The position numbers were made by a program, and so were the translations under genes. Below, in pieces: positions 28,477-42,877 of a DNA stretch of 64,000 bases. Under the pieces are notes generated by a model. The model saw nothing but the letters and a program-made list of their open reading frames with translations. It was not told the origin of the DNA and ran no database searches. Positions within the stretch are counted from its first letter, which is position 1. The number at the start of each line of letters is the position of its first letter. This stretch comes from Octopus sinensis. Lineage: Eukaryota. Location: the NCBI RefSeq assembly GCF_006345805.1, contig NC_043002.1, forward strand, positions 64,852,001 to 64,916,000. Direction: 5' to 3'.

Positions 28477-29149
28477 TGTGCCTGGGATACCCTTATCAGA
28501 CGGGTAGTCATGATGTGTACATTGGGCTTTGTATATGTGTACACCCGTGTCATTTTGATGGCATGCATTGCTCTGCGCCGCCACAGCAACAAGTGCCTGA
28601 AAATGTAAACACATGGACTGCAGTACCTCTGTATGAAAACTGTAAACCTGGGAGTAAAATTCTAATCACATGTGCATCCATTCTTATATATGCAAAACCC
28701 CTATATGTACATTGCTGTTTCTTCTCGGAGTCTCGCTTATACATCCAGAATAATTATAAATACGAAAGAAATATCGACATATGTGCATGGGCGGTGTTCT
28801 GTCAAAAAGTAAACGCTGTAAAAATGGATTTATAACAAAACCAGCCCCCACCCAACAAAAAAAGAACGATGGACAGATAACCATGAATACTATGATTTGG
28901 TTGATTGGTGATTTACACACGCTACTATTCAACACGCTTCCAAAAACACACGGGAATAAGTTCATACAGTAAATACCCAATAAAATGAACAATGTCACAA
29001 CATGTGCCATTGAAAGCCAATACCCAACAGAAGAACACAATCTGCACAAACAAACAACGCCCAATACAAAAACTGATGCAACAAAAGACTCAAACCAAAC
29101 CCCATAACAAAGATGCAATGGAACGTTACTTGAAATTATCACTTGTCGA

Positions 29150-30425
29150 AAAATAATAGTGGCGATAACATTAGAGACGAACATTACCTCACTTCAGTTT
29201 ATGAGAGACATGAGTTTGCCAAGAAACTCTGGTTGTAATAGGGAAAATGTGGTTCAGTGATAAGACGCAGACTGTTACCCTCATACAGCATCAGCAGATA
29301 ATAGAGTAAGGAGGAGAAATTGGCCCGGCGGAGAAAACAGGGTAGTGACGCAGTGCTACATAGAAAGTGAACCTAAAATAAGGGGCTATAAAACGGATGT
29401 TAATACTTTGGGTACAGAAAGGTATATTTAAAGTGACTAAGCAGAGACTAGTAGATTAAACTAACGCTATTAAGAGATGAAAGTGGATGACGGAATTGGG
29501 GATGGAGTGATCAGAAGAGAACTGGGAATAAATGGCCAGGTAGTAGGAAAGACAAAAAATAACAAAAGGGATACAGCTGAAACGAAAGAAAGACCTACCT
29601 AAAGGAAAACAGTAATAGCACTACCAATAAGGAAGCGACAACGGGCACCAGGGATTTAAGGGATTTAAGTGAGGAAGATCAGAAGATTTAAATGAGTTGC
29701 AAGAAATGTGTAAAGCAGTAAGAAAAATATCGGCAGCATTAAATTGAAGGAAGCTGCAAGTTATAACTAGCAAAGTAGAAAGTAGATTATCAGTAGGATA
29801 AATGAAAATTATTTGATAGATTATTAGTAGGACGGATGATATCATTAGTAGGATAGATAGACTAAAAATATAGGCAACTCTAACTTATTGATCTATGCAG
29901 GATGGTAATTACTAGAAGATTAAATATTACACAAGGAAATATTTAAAAAGAGCAAATGTGGAAAAGCAGATTACAAAATAAAGTAAATACTTTAAGACAA
30001 GATCTGATTAGATTAGAAGCCTGGAAAATGAACAAGTTAGGAAACACAAGATTTAAATCTCTTGGAAATAGATACTTAGTCGAAGAGAAAGGATTTCGGA
30101 CAGTCACACAAGAAGTGAAACAGCACACCATAGCAGTAGCAGGTAAGTTTTCCAGATATCAGCAAAGAGATCAATATCAACAGAACAGACTATTTGAGAA
30201 AGACCACATATAATGGGGAGAAAAAAGTACTGCAGATGAGATACTTAATGCAGAAGAAGCTAGAAAGTTTTGGAGTAATATTTGATTTAAGACAGTGAAT
30301 CATAATGGAGATGCAGTATGTTTAAAGAAAACGATGGAATAAGTAGTGAGAGAGAAGCAGAGATATGTATGACTAACTAGTGCCTTAATGGGTAAAGTGT
30401 TAGGGAAAGTGTCGAATTATGATAG
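29150..30425 (+). mobile_element. R4/Dong-like RLE non-LTR retrotransposon, N-terminal part, decayed
   Basis: RRNWPGGENRVVTQCYIESEPKIRGY..., then WKSRLQNKVNTLRQDL...QQNRLFEKD and EEARKFWSNI, with stops and frameshifts. Confidence 0.75.
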
Positions 30426-30523
30426 AATAAGAACAGTAATAAACGAGTGAAGAACGAATATATATAGTGCGTATGTGTATTTGCCAAATAAATAAAAAAA
30501 TTAAAAAATGACCATCCTGAAAT

Positions 30524-30598
<75 letters not shown>

Positions 30599-30732
30599 TA
30601 GCTGCTGCATTTAAGTAAATATATAATATATATATATATGTATAGATAGACACCTACATACATATATGCATGCATATATACATACGTACATACATATACA
30701 TACATACATCCATACATACATACATAAATACA

Positions 30733-30763
<31 letters not shown>

Positions 30764-31510
30764 GCAGAAAAGATAATGAAACGAAAGTCAACTGAATCAG
30801 ACCGAATATGCGCAAATACGTTCGCTCTAAGAACAGTCTACTTTAAGCGAGGGTGTGTTTTCTTGTCGATGGACATCTTTCGATGTGATTAATGAGATGA
30901 GCGCTTGAAAAGTTAGAGAATCGGTAACATACTGGCAGTAAATCACATGTTGAAACTGTGCAATTATTTATATGCGTGTTTCTGAGCTTTTTCTCGTTAC
31001 TTGATTTTCTTTTGTCCAAATCAACATCATCATCATCGGCACAATCATTGCCATCTTCAGAATTAAGTTATACATGACATCAACGCAATCGCTGCAATTA
31101 CAGTCGCCGTTTCGATGGTTGTTAAAATTTGGTCTTAAGAATCGATACAGAAATTGTTTATGATACATTGCAATATTATTTATAGACCCTTTAAGTTATA
31201 TTTTCTAAATATATTGCGATCGATTTCGCTATCCATTTTCGTGTTATCTGTTAGATACATACCAGTCATATATACTCCATCTTCAAACGGGAAGTCATGA
31301 TATTTAATTTAAGTATAATTATTATGAAGGCAGAATCGGTAGAGTGAACGGGAACATACTAGGCGCCATCTCTTAAATATACAGACGCATAGCTATATTG
31401 AAAGCAATGTTTTTCTGAGGTACTTTCTATGGAAAATACCCTAAACCAAACACCGTGGGTTTGTTGCAGGTCTATAAATCTTTCCTGCTACAATTATGAA
31501 CATGATTCGC

Positions 31511-31539
31511 CTTTTTCTTCGTCTTCATCATCATCTTCC

Positions 31540-31570
<31 letters not shown>

Positions 31571-32078
31571 CTTCTTCTTCTTCTTCTTCTTCTTCTTCTT
31601 CTTCTTCTCCTCATCCTTCTTCTTCTTCTCCTCATCCTTCTTCTTCTTCTTCCTCTTCTTCTCCTCATCCTTCTTCTTCTTCTCCTCTTCCCCTTCTCCT
31701 TCTTCTTCCTCTCCTCCTCTTGCTTCTTCTTCTTCTTCCTCTCCTCTTCCTCCTCCTCCTTCTTCTCCTTCTTCTTCTTCTTCTTCTTCTTTTTCTTCTT
31801 TATCTTTTTTCTTCTTCTTCTTCTTCTTCTTCTCCTCATCCTCCTTCCTCTTCTCCTCATCCTCCTTCTTCTCCTCCTCATCCTTCTTCTTCTTCTCATC
31901 CTCCTTCTTCTTCTCCGCCTCCCCCTTCTCTTTCTTCTTCCTCTCCTCCTCTTGCTTCTTCTTCTTCTTCCTCCCCTCCTACTCTTTCTTCTGTTTCTTC
32001 TTCTTCTCCTTCTTCTTCTTCCTCTCCTCCTCCTCCTCTTCTTCTCCTTCTTCTTCTTCTTCTTCTTCCTTTCTCCTA
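31511..32078 (+). repeat. (TTC)/(CTC)/(CAT) polypyrimidine low-complexity tract
   Basis: Seen directly; it explains the poly-S, poly-L and poly-R ORFs. Confidence 0.95.
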
Positions 32079-32301
32079 TCATTAATTGTTGCTATTATTT
32101 GTTTCTTGCAGAATTCTTAACACACGAAACAGAAGGTATCTGCCCTCATTTCGTCCGTATGAGCATGTATGTATGCATATGTGTGTGTGTGTGTGTGCGA
32201 GTATGTACATTTATATATATTTATCTACGTGTCTCTGTCTAACTGTCTCTCCCTCTCTCTCTCTCTCTGTCTTTCTCTCTCCCTTTGTCACTCTTTGTGT
32301 G

Positions 32302-32343
<42 letters not shown>

Positions 32344-32352
32344 ATATATATA

Positions 32353-32592
32353 TTTCACGTGACCGACCAGGCCATCAGATGTTGCTACACATCGCTGGTC
32401 ACAATGCGCTTCGCATTGTTTTAGCCTTGAAATGACGCCACCCCGCTGGTTAAGCGAGCAGGCCAACAGAAGAATGAGTGAGAGCAATTTGTGGTGATCA
32501 CCACCAACCCTGCCGGAGCCTCGTGGAGCGTTTTGGCGTTTTCGCTTAATAAACACTCACAACGCCCTAACCAATGGGACATTGCGCCTCCA
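32353..32592 (-). mobile_element. SINE family S1 with internally deleted head and a different tail
   Basis: Shares gaggcgcaatgg...gctccacgaggctccggcaggg with 1542; the tail is unrelated to those of the other copies. Confidence 0.7.
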
Positions 32593-32617
32593 AATACACA
32601 CACATACACACACACAC

Positions 32618-32697
<80 letters not shown>

Positions 32698-33677
32698 ATG
32701 CATATATACACACACTCACACACACACACACACACATCTATACACGTGGTAATCATACCCTGATTTCAAGCCTAAAAACATTTTCGCTGCGGGTGTATAC
32801 ACGTTTGATCGCATTTCTATAGTCTCACAAATAAATATCAATTTCTAATAGTGTTTTCTGTTTTAAATATTATTCTCCAAACACAGCTCATAAATTTGAC
32901 AAGAATCACGCCGACTTGCGCATTGATCTGAAATGAATTTGCAGCTCTGCCGCAGACAAGCTTCCATCGTTTTATATATAAAGGTTATCAACAGTTCGTT
33001 TGTATTCTTGGAATCGTATTTATATAAGAATCATGTTTTAGTCTCCAGGCGGACGACCTATCACGGGTGACATCCCAGCATTTGAAGAAGTAAAAAATAC
33101 AGAGACTATATATGAGAGACTATCTCTCTCTTTCTTTTTCTCTCTCTCTCTCTCTCACACATACACACTTTCTATCTCTGATTCTCCTGGTATATACTCG
33201 CTTCTATGAGTATATATTTTATTGTTTGTTTGTATGAATGTTTGTATCATTGTCTAGAGCATTTCACGAGCGTTGTAGTCGAGTTTAAACCAAAGTTTTA
33301 TTGCACAGCAAACATCCGAATTGCCTTCGCTTCCTGACCTCATTCTACAAACGAGTAGTACTGTGTTTTCAATGTGCTGGTAAAGCCGTCTCCATCAATC
33401 TGGAATAAGAAATGTTGGCCGGTATGCTTACCTAATATATAGGGACGATGTATTGGGCTGTCCGGAAAGTCCGTGCCGATTTTTATAGGAAAGAAAAAAG
33501 TCAATATATACTTGCCAATACATTTTTACAAATATGATTTGATTTTTGATTTTTCCAGTTTCAGCTCATGAGCTGTGGCCATGCTGGGGCACCGCCATTT
33601 CCCTTAGAAATATTCTAAATATTTCAAATATCCGGTATGTGCAAATGACGCGGTAGTTAATTAGAATAGACATCTAC

Positions 33678-33894
33678 GAATTATGTACGTTATTTATATC
33701 ATTTACATTTCACGGATATTTGTCCTCATCTTGTTTGTTATTAACACAACGTTTCAGCTGATATACCCTCCAGCCTTCATCAGGTGTCTGTTGTTGATGT
33801 CGTTGCTGTTATTATTATTATTCAGGTCACTGCTTGAAATCGAACTCGGAATCTTGGGGTTAGTAGCCCGCACTCTTAACCACTACGCCATATA
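33678..33894 (-). mobile_element. tRNA-headed SINE-like element with internal hammerhead (family A)
   Basis: tRNA-like head 33825-33894 (TGGCGTAGTGG, GTTCGATTTC), an AAT-rich linker, a hammerhead at 33743-33788, then a tail shared with ~36040-36094. Confidence 0.75.
33743..33788 (-). ncRNA. Minimal type I hammerhead (family A)
   Basis: GACAC-CTGATGA-A-GGCTG...CAGCT-GAAAC-GTT-GTGTT: 5-bp stem I, 5-bp stem II, palindromic ACGT stem III, GUU site. Confidence 0.7.
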
Positions 33895-34467
33895 CCACAG
33901 TTGCACAATGCGTCTCCATCTTTCCTTTAACTTGAAAATACTCTCTTCCCAAAATTGAGGTGGTTTCATTGCAAAGAATTTAACAAAGTATTTTTTACGC
34001 CAACCAAAGAATTGAAATTTTTACCATTAAGTCTATTCTGCAGAGACCTGAATAAGTGGAATTCCGAGGGAGCAATATCTGGTGAATATGGAGGGTGGAG
34101 TAACACATCCTAACCGAGCCGCAGCAATTTTTGTCTGGTTACCAAAGCATCAAGTGCCGGAAATTAACTTTCTTATCTTCCATTTTAAAGAGTTACAGAA
34201 TTAACACAAATTATAGGAACATAAACCTTCTTCCACGAAAAGATAGCTTAAACTGTGCTCTAAATGGCAGTGTAGTAAAATCCTGTTTTATGGACTCAAC
34301 CATTTTCTAAAATAAGTCGCAACGTAAGCTACTATAAGTCGGGACGAACTTTCCGTACAACCTAACACTAAAATTATAAGCTCACACAGTTATAAGACAC
34401 ACTCCTTAAAATGTCTCAAACATGCATTGCAACTTGTACTTTTTTACATCTATGTATTTTAATCGTA

Positions 34468-34665
34468 TCAGGACAATTTCCCCTTAGGAAAACAGTACCA
34501 CCCCATAGAATAATTCTCCCCGATGACAATTTCCTTGCTTGGATAATTACTCCTCTTGAATATATTAAGAAGTTTTAAATCACAATCTGTTGTCCTTCGG
34601 GGTAACAGCCCTTCAGAGGAGTTATTGTCTATGGAGGGGGAAGGGGGTAAATATCCTAGATTCAT
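34468..34665. mobile_element. MITE-like element with imperfect TIRs and internal ggacaatt.cccc-type subrepeats
   Basis: AGGACAATTTCCC at the left versus GGGTAAATATCCT at the right (10/13 match). Confidence 0.35.
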
Positions 34666-34697
34666 TCTAATATGTTAATGTCGTATCGGTATATATA

Positions 34698-34735
<38 letters not shown>

Positions 34736-34812
34736 TATATGTGTGTGTGTATAGATATGTATATATATATATATATATTATATATATATATAATATATAT
34801 ACATATGTACGT

Positions 34813-34846
<34 letters not shown>

Positions 34847-34872
34847 CATACATACGTACATACATACATACA

Positions 34873-34903
<31 letters not shown>

Positions 34904-35038
34904 GTCTGAGACCCCCTTCGGTCACGAAACAGACCATGGGATTGCCCCTAGAAAGTTACCCCTATGCCTTTACATACATGTATATTATATATATGTATAT
35001 ATATATATATAATTATATATATGTATACGTATATATAT

Positions 35039-35118
<80 letters not shown>

Positions 35119-36039
35119 CCTCAAATTCATTTTCGGGTACTGTAAATAATATGAACATTGTACACAATATTAAGTTTAGTCGCATCATCACTTACAACCA
35201 GAAAATTAGAAAGTGAACTGGCAACACGCTTATTTCCATATCATACCCACAATGCTGCAAGCATCGTTAGTAGTGACAATATTACTTTGATTCTTTCCCT
35301 TTTATCTTATAACATTTTTGACTCAAGGAAATATCCTCTGCATATAAAGCAGTTCATATCAATGCAGTAATGGTCACAAAGACAGGAGCGTCATTTCCTT
35401 TCAAATGCATTTGTCCACGGTAAATGCAATCCTTACAGCAACTGGAATAACAACAAAAGCAGTTGTGTAATAAAAGTATGCACTCCCGCAACCAGTATTT
35501 TCCATGTTTTCAAAACCTTTGAAGATTTAGTTGATCATTGCTGACCATGTCACATGCTTTTATATAGCCAAATCATGTTATACATTATCATGGACACGTT
35601 AAAATGGAAGCGTTTGGAGATATAACATGTGCAGTACAATATAATTTTATACAGAGCCGATTACAGATTTTGTAGATAGCTATGATCGTTAACGTTCAAA
35701 GGTTATTTAACGAGTGTTAAATAAATATATATTGGATCAAGAATATTTAACTTTTCTCCCAAAATAACCTTCAGGACAAAAGTTGCATTACGATTTTATA
35801 TTAATATTTCGTTGGTTTTGTCAAGTCTTTGCATCACAAAAGCTAAAATTCTGGGTTTTATCACGCCAACAGTTACTAGGTCGTCTGTTGCGTGTACATA
35901 CACACACACACATATATATATATATATATGTGTGTGTATGCGTGTGAGTGTGTGTGTGTACATACATACGTACACACACATATTCTTTTACTCTGTTACT
36001 TGTTTCAGTTATTTTACTGTGGCCAGGGCATATTCTTCG

Positions 36040-36137
36040 AAAATTATTTACATTATTTACATTTGGCGGATATTGTCCTCATGTTTGTTTTTCACACAAC
36101 GGTTCGGCTGGTATACTATCCAGCCTTCATCAGGTGG
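36040..36137 (-). mobile_element. Family A hammerhead plus tail, without tRNA head
   Basis: CAC-CTGATGA-A-GGCTGG...CCAGCC-GAAC(C)-GTT-GTG at 36094-36137; the GAAA is mutated. Confidence 0.6.
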
Positions 36138-37648
36138 CTTGCTTCTTTTCTTTTTTCCATTGTGAGATGTATGAATGGCTTTATGGAGTTCACATGATCT
36201 AACAGCACTTGGACATCTTCCTGGTTGGGCTAGTGTATGAAGGTATTATCAACATATCGCAGCTATAAGGTTTGTTTTTGTGGTGCTGACCCTAAAGCCA
36301 AAGTCTCAAAATTTTCCATGTATATATTGGTAATACCGGTGAAAATGGCAAACCCATAGCTAAACTCTCCTCTTTTCGATATATATAGGCGTTCATATTG
36401 AAGTAAGTAGTTTCTACACAGAAGGTCAAGATTTCCATCAAGTTTCATATTGATATACTAGTTCCTTCTTTAAATGAGTGTCTGTCATTAGTTTTTCTTG
36501 AATCAGCGACAGTGCTTCACCAGTTGGGATCTTTATGAATAGACTTATCATATCTAGACTCACCATCTGTTTGGATTCAGTGGGTGTGCCCACCCAGTTC
36601 ACAGAATTGATCAAGGATATGTATATATGTATGTATGTATGTATGTATGTTTATATGTATGTATATATGTTCGAATGTATGCATGTGTGCATGTACCTAG
36701 GTGTGTATGAATGGAGCTGGCTGCATGTTTGTGTGTTAATTTAGCTTGAGTATTTGCGTTGTATGCGTATGGGAGTCGCTTTTTTCCCACGCATTTTAGT
36801 GACGATACAGGGTTCTTCCAGTATAGTTTCTTGGATTTCCAAGTTCCGTAAAATTCTTGTCATGTTGCACACTTTTTATCAAAGAATAATCGCAGCAAAT
36901 CTCACAGTTCTCTCCTCAACACTGCAATTCTTCTCATCATATTACATGGCCATTCGAACGAAGTTCGACTTATAAATGAGTTACTCCCCATGCTAGTGAT
37001 TCTAATGCCTGTCCTTTTATTATCACATAAAATCAGCTGCAAACTCTTTCAAAATTCGTTATTACCAACATCTTGCTATTCTCGTAGCAATGCAAATGTT
37101 TGGAAGCAGTTTATGCATATTTCTTAGTAATCAAGTATACGAGTCCTGATATTAAAAAGAGATTTATCTGTTTGCCCAGTCTTCACTTCTGCTCTAAGAT
37201 CTGTCTTCCATACGCAAACTACATGGTACAGATCGTATATATTGTGACAATTAATGCATTATTAGAACATAGAGTATGAGAAACTATGTATATAAAACCC
37301 ACATACGTATACGCGCATTCGTACAAACACATATAAAATATCCATGTCCAAAAAACAAGTCTTTTCCGTCGTTCTGAACGTTTCTAAATTTTTATGAAGT
37401 CCACAACATACACCGCACTTCCTACAACATACTTCGCAGCCAAGAAAAAATTCATTAAAATGGACAGAAAATTTCGAAGGATACCTTTGATAGAAATGGT
37501 CGTACGCTTGTCGTGTCTATAGATGTGTTGTGTGGACGCCCTCAGACGATGAAGTAGGCCAGCCCAATACGTAGATATAGAGGGAGAAGTCTAGACGTCG
37601 GGGTTGAGTAGAGATCATCCGAACGTGCGATATAACAAGATGATATGA

Positions 37649-37688
37649 CTTCGTATATTTCGGGTAGCTTTACCCTTTCTAAACAAGG
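37649..37688 (-). ncRNA. Possible decayed hammerhead remnant (family H)
   Basis: The minus strand has a perfect stem II GGGTA-AAGC-TACCC directly followed by GAAATATA-CGAAG. The CUGANGA core is not intact. Confidence 0.25.
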
Positions 37689-37975
37689 AAGGTTTTTCAA
37701 CCCACTAATTACATGGTTTTATTTATAGCTTTGTATTTGATTCAAGACTCAGTTCCAAAAAGTATTTCTATCTATCAATATGTATTGACATATGTATGTA
37801 TCTTTGTAAACGCATATAAAGAGATACATACTTCGCGTTGTATGAATGCATCTAATTCTCTGCCGGGGATATAGAACAGTAAATCTGTGGAACAGAAAAA
37901 TTACATTAATCTACGTGTGTGAGTATATATATATATAAATATACATATATATTATATAAATATACATACATATAT

Positions 37976-38048
<73 letters not shown>

Positions 38049-38049
38049 T

Positions 38050-38080
<31 letters not shown>

Positions 38081-38256
38081 GGTGAGAGAGCGAGGGGGAT
38101 AGAGAGAGAGAGATAGAGAGAGAGAGATATAGGAAGAGAGAAAGAAAGAGAAAGAGAGAGAGTGAGTGATAAATTTATATATATATATATAGATAGACAG
38201 ACAGATAGATAGATAAATAGATAGATAAACAGACAGACAGTCAGACAGACAGATAC

Positions 38257-38341
<85 letters not shown>

Positions 38342-39261
38342 CAGATACATACATACATACATACATACATACATACATACATACATACATAGAAAGATTG
38401 ATAGATATATATATATAGAGAGAGGGATACATAGATTTACTTACAGGGAAATATTTAATATGCTCTCTAGGTGGTTTCCGGAATTTTGCTCGGGAATAAA
38501 TAGCTATATCTACAGCACCGTATTAGCTTTACTGAATATTATTGAATAACTATGAACATAAATACAGGCAAAAATAAAGGGCAAAATCCTAAAGTGTTGA
38601 AACAGAGCAATACCAAAATAGTTTTGCATTGCAATTCTATATTCGGTGTAACAGCATGCGCTTTATGTGGATTATAGCCCGAGAATAAATATAGCATTTT
38701 ACGCGCGCGCACAAACATACACGACCGAACACGCGCAAATTTGCGTGCACACACGGAAGCAAACACACGCATATATAAAATGTGCATGCTTGTGCATACA
38801 CATATGCGTTTGAATGAAAGTACAGAGAGCAGTTCTGTATTGGTTAAAAACGGAATATCATCCTGGCAGTGACAAGCAAGGATACCGGATGTATTCAGGC
38901 TTTTTCGGCCTCGTCAGTGATGTGTAATCGCAGCCGAACCTCAAGATGAAATATGCCTTCTCTAATGTACGAATCAGTGAATACACAAATTTTAATTAAA
39001 TGCTATTTAAATTTCGCAGAGAGGGTTTTTCTTCGGGCTGGCAGTAAATCCCAACATCAGTGAACGGCATATTCACTGTTTCTGATACCAGTTGCGAGAT
39101 TTTAATAACACCTAGGAACACTGACATATATGATACATAGATGACATATTCAATAATAGTAATAAGCATGCCCAGTAAACAAATGCCACCTTAGTCTGCT
39201 AGTTGCGGACAGCTAAGATTTACCATGATGCCCAGCAAAATAGGCTGTCAGTTGTCATCAC

Positions 39262-39483
<222 letters not shown>

Positions 39484-39905
39484 GGCCAACACGCCAGATA
39501 TAGTTGTCAGAGATCATGAAGAAAAAAAATGCTTTCTAATTGATGTATCAATACCGGCAGATGACAACGTGTCTCTAAAAGAAACGGAGAAACTCTCAAA
39601 ATACAAAGACCTGGAAATAGAGGTAACCAGAATGTGGAATCTGAAAACAGAAACAATTCCTATCATAGTAGGTGCATTAGGCATGATAAAAAAATATTCA
39701 GACAAATACATAATAAAAACACCAGGACTTACAAACACATATAACATACAGAAAATTGCACTACTAGGCACTGCACACATCCTACGCAGAACACTTTCCA
39801 TACAATAACCATCAGAGCATCACAACAAATCACAGCACATACCCAAGGCACACAGAGCTGCGCTCGGTAGTGAAGTGAAAGCACGCTATAAAAATAAAAC
39901 TACTG
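39484..39905 (+). mobile_element. 5'-truncated R4/Dong-like retrotransposon 3' end (restriction-like endonuclease domain plus 3' UTR)
   Basis: Uninterrupted frame PDIVVRDHEEKKCFLIDVSIPADDNV...EKLSKYKDLEIEV...PIIVGALG...LLGTAHILRRTLSIQ* (stop 39806-39808), with the PD..D..K RLE motif. (AAT)n flanks both sides. Confidence 0.9.
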
Positions 39906-39942
39906 AATAATAATAATAATAATAATGATGATGATGATGATG

Positions 39943-40001
<59 letters not shown>

Positions 40002-41100
40002 TTTCGATGATTCTTTCGGGTTTTTGTTCGCATCCCTTTTTTTGTTATGTCGTGTCCATTCTTGTTGCAAAGTCCCCAATAGACAATCATTACTATATTG
40101 TCATGAAGTCTCTTATATTCTTTCTGGTCTAGTGGTGTACATTGACTGATAATATATCATACGGTTTCACCATTTTGTCCACAGATTCTCCACTTATCGA
40201 TTTCTGATGTGTTGTCTTTTCTGTATATGATGTAATTCGTTCTTAATGCTTGCTCTTGGGCAGCATAGATTAGAGCCTCCGTTTCTGGTTTTAAATCACT
40301 TACAGTCACCCGTAGCCATCTTTTTCCTGTGCCTGTCTTGTTTTCAACATCCATATGAACTTGTCCATGCATTCTTTTCTTTGTCCACCTATTTTCAGTT
40401 TCATTCATTTTCAAGTGCTTGTGCAGTGCTTATCTTTGCAATCATTAATCCTACACACGCCCGACTTTCTCACATCTAATAATAGCGGTTCTGTGGCATT
40501 TTTACATAACATACTATGTTGTTCTTTTTGTGTGCTCTAATGCTACGTTCGCACTCAATCAGTCCTCTTCCCCTCTTTTTCGTGGTACATATTCTGTCTG
40601 TGTCATTTTTAGGTGGAATATCCCATATCTAATCAGCAAAATCCTTGTCTTAGTGTCTACGCTGTTTAGGTCGTCCACTGTCAATGCGATTACCCCTACT
40701 CTAAGTACAGTTTTGTCTATCAGGAGTTGATCTGCTGTACTTACGCTTACAACCTTTCTGCTCAGGTGTCAGGACTCCATTTTTTCCAGGTGTCCGTACA
40801 TTGGTGCTGCATTTATTCTAGTCAATAATTTTCACATAAGCGGCAAGCAGAATATCCGCTTGCAATTGTCTACTGTATAGGCTTCTGCGATGTTTTTCTA
40901 GCACAGCACTATCTTGCGCATTGTGAAACAGTCTCGTGTTACTTGGTCGGCATTTGAAAAGTTGCTGAGTTGTGCAGCTATTCCCCAAATCTTTTGATTT
41001 AGTAGCCGTCTGGTCCCGGGGCCTTCCAGTTGCCATTTTTTTTCCTTTTGCTGATTTCCTTCAGTTCCCTAACTGAAATTACTAGTTCTTATACGATTTT
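40002..41100 (-). mobile_element. Decayed, internally deleted R4/Dong-like retrotransposon
   Basis: KRMHGQ, DLKPETEALIYAAQEQALRTNY, a CCHC-like WRICGQNGETV and HDNIV..VYWGLC; an RT N-terminal remnant lies near 40820-41040. Confidence 0.8.
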
Positions 41101-41109
41101 AGGATTCCG

Positions 41110-41315
41110 TGCAACCATGAGATAGAGAAAAGGGAACCAGACATAGTGTTAATTGAGAAAGAAAGCAAACGATGTTGGATCATAGATATAGCATACCCAG
41201 CTGACAACAGTGTATGCGATAAGGAAGAAAGAAAAGTCGATAGATATGACAGGTTAGCGTGAGAGGTTCAGCGGTTGTAGTCGATGAAATAGGTGATAAT
41301 AGTACCAATAATGGA
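41110..41315 (+). mobile_element. R4/Dong-like RLE domain fragment
   Basis: PDIVLIEKESKRCWIIDIAYPADNSVCDKEERKVDRYDRLA*. Confidence 0.8.
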
Positions 41316-41324
41316 CGGGGTAGT

Positions 41325-42630
41325 GATACCGTCGGGGGAGGTTATGAAGCCAATAGAAGGGACGGGCTATAAGTGCTTGGAGATATTGGAAATTTATAAA
41401 TTGATGGAGTAAGAAATGACAGTTGGAGTACTTGAGCAGACTGATTCTGATCCTTAAGCCGAAATTAAACGGACGGAATAAGATTCAAGCTATCAACACG
41501 TGAGCCGTTTCAATACTTGGGTATGGAGCAGCGGTAATTGCATGGATAGTAGACGAACTAAACAGCTTAGACAGAAAGAAAAGAAAGTTGCTGACTAGAT
41601 ACTCCACCCAAAACGTATCAAAGACAGACTATGTACCTAGAAAAAGAGGGGCAAGATGACTTATTGGATGCAAAAACACAGCGTTAGAGAAGAAAGAACA
41701 TAGCATGTCACAGAACCACTATTATCATAAGGAAGAAGGTCGGGTTGTGTATGATGTAAGACTGCAAAGATAAAGCACTGTACAAGTAACACATAGAGAA
41801 ACGAAAACACAAACGAATTTAAAAACCAAAAAAAGAACATAAATTACCTGACTGGCAGGTGAAGGCGTTGCTTAGTAGATTCTGAAAGATAGTTTCAACA
41901 AATAGTAGTAGGGAGATACATTTATGGTTGCAGAAAGGAAATCTGAAGAGAAGACAGAAAGTTTGTAAGTAACTGCAAAAGATCAAGCGTTAAGGACTAA
42001 TTGGATAAAAGCTAAGACATACAAAACCGAAGTAGATTCTCAATGTAGGTTATGGAAATCAAAAGAGGAAAGCGTCACTCAAATAGTAAGGGAACGTAAC
42101 ATGCTGTCATAGAAAGAAAAGAAAAAAGGACATGACAATTAAGGGAGAGTAATCTACCGGGAGTTATGTAGAAAGCTAGGATTTGAACATACTATTAAAT
42201 GGTATGCACATGAACCTAGTTAAGTACTAGATGTTGTGGGGACTTTAACAGTCTGACTGACAACGTAATAGAAGCTAGAAAACCTGATTTAGTAGTAGTA
42301 GATAAAGAGAATAGAAAGTGCCAGATAATTGACTTTACAGTCCCAAATAATGAAAAAAATCACTATGAGAATTATAGAAAAAATAGCAAAGTACAAAAAC
42401 CTAGCCATTGAATTACAGAGACTATAGAAAGTGTGGGTAAAATGTATACAAACAGGATCTGAACAGATGCAAAGAGCAAAGAGGCATAAAACCCAGTTTA
42501 GTACAGCTCCAGAAAACAGTGTTGTTAGGGACAGCTAGGATACGTAGGAGGGTTCTTTGCATCTACGGTTAATTATTGTAAGCCGAGGCTCGGAATTTTT
42601 TTACTTTCCAACAGTTTAATCTATTGCGTG
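41325..42630 (+). mobile_element. Decayed 3' half of an R4/Dong-like retrotransposon ending in (AAT)n
   Basis: KLNGRNKIQAINT, DRLYVPRKRG, KDQALRTNWIK, RKPDLVVVDKENRKCQIIDFTVP and VLLGTARIRRRVL; followed by the 3' UTR and a microsatellite. Confidence 0.85.
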
Positions 42631-42631
42631 T

Positions 42632-42658
42632 ATGATAATAATAATAATAATAATAATA

Positions 42659-42750
<92 letters not shown>

Positions 42751-42817
42751 GATGATGATGATGATAATAATAATGACAATAATAATAATAATGATAATAA
42801 TAATAATAATAATAATA

Positions 42818-42877
<60 letters not shown>

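Larger units (their letters stand above)
33451..34160 (-). mobile_element. Mariner remnant (3' TIR plus transposase C-terminus) interrupted by nested insertions
   Basis: The minus strand gives DVLLHPPYSPDIAPSEFHLFRSLQNRL...KLKERWRRIVQ. TIR-like TATTGGGCTGTCCGGAAAGTCCGTGCCGATTTTTA lies at 33451-33485. Confidence 0.85.

Noticed and set aside
31429-32242. Long S/L/R-rich ORFs, and similar IY, LSIY, HT and poly-N ORFs throughout the track
   Set aside because: They are translations of microsatellites and low-complexity tracts.
33825-33894. tRNA-like sequences (also 1542, 9780-9848, 44673-44740) as real tRNA genes
   Set aside because: Acceptor stems are incomplete and each continues into a repeated body, so they are SINE heads.
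35330-35460. Possible Helitron helicase motif remnant (PVAVRIAFTVDKC)
   Set aside because: Similarity is weak and flanking motifs are not recoverable.
38880-38925. CTGACGA on the minus strand with a short GGC/GCC stem
   Set aside because: There is no proper GAAA and no stem I complementarity, so it is not a hammerhead.
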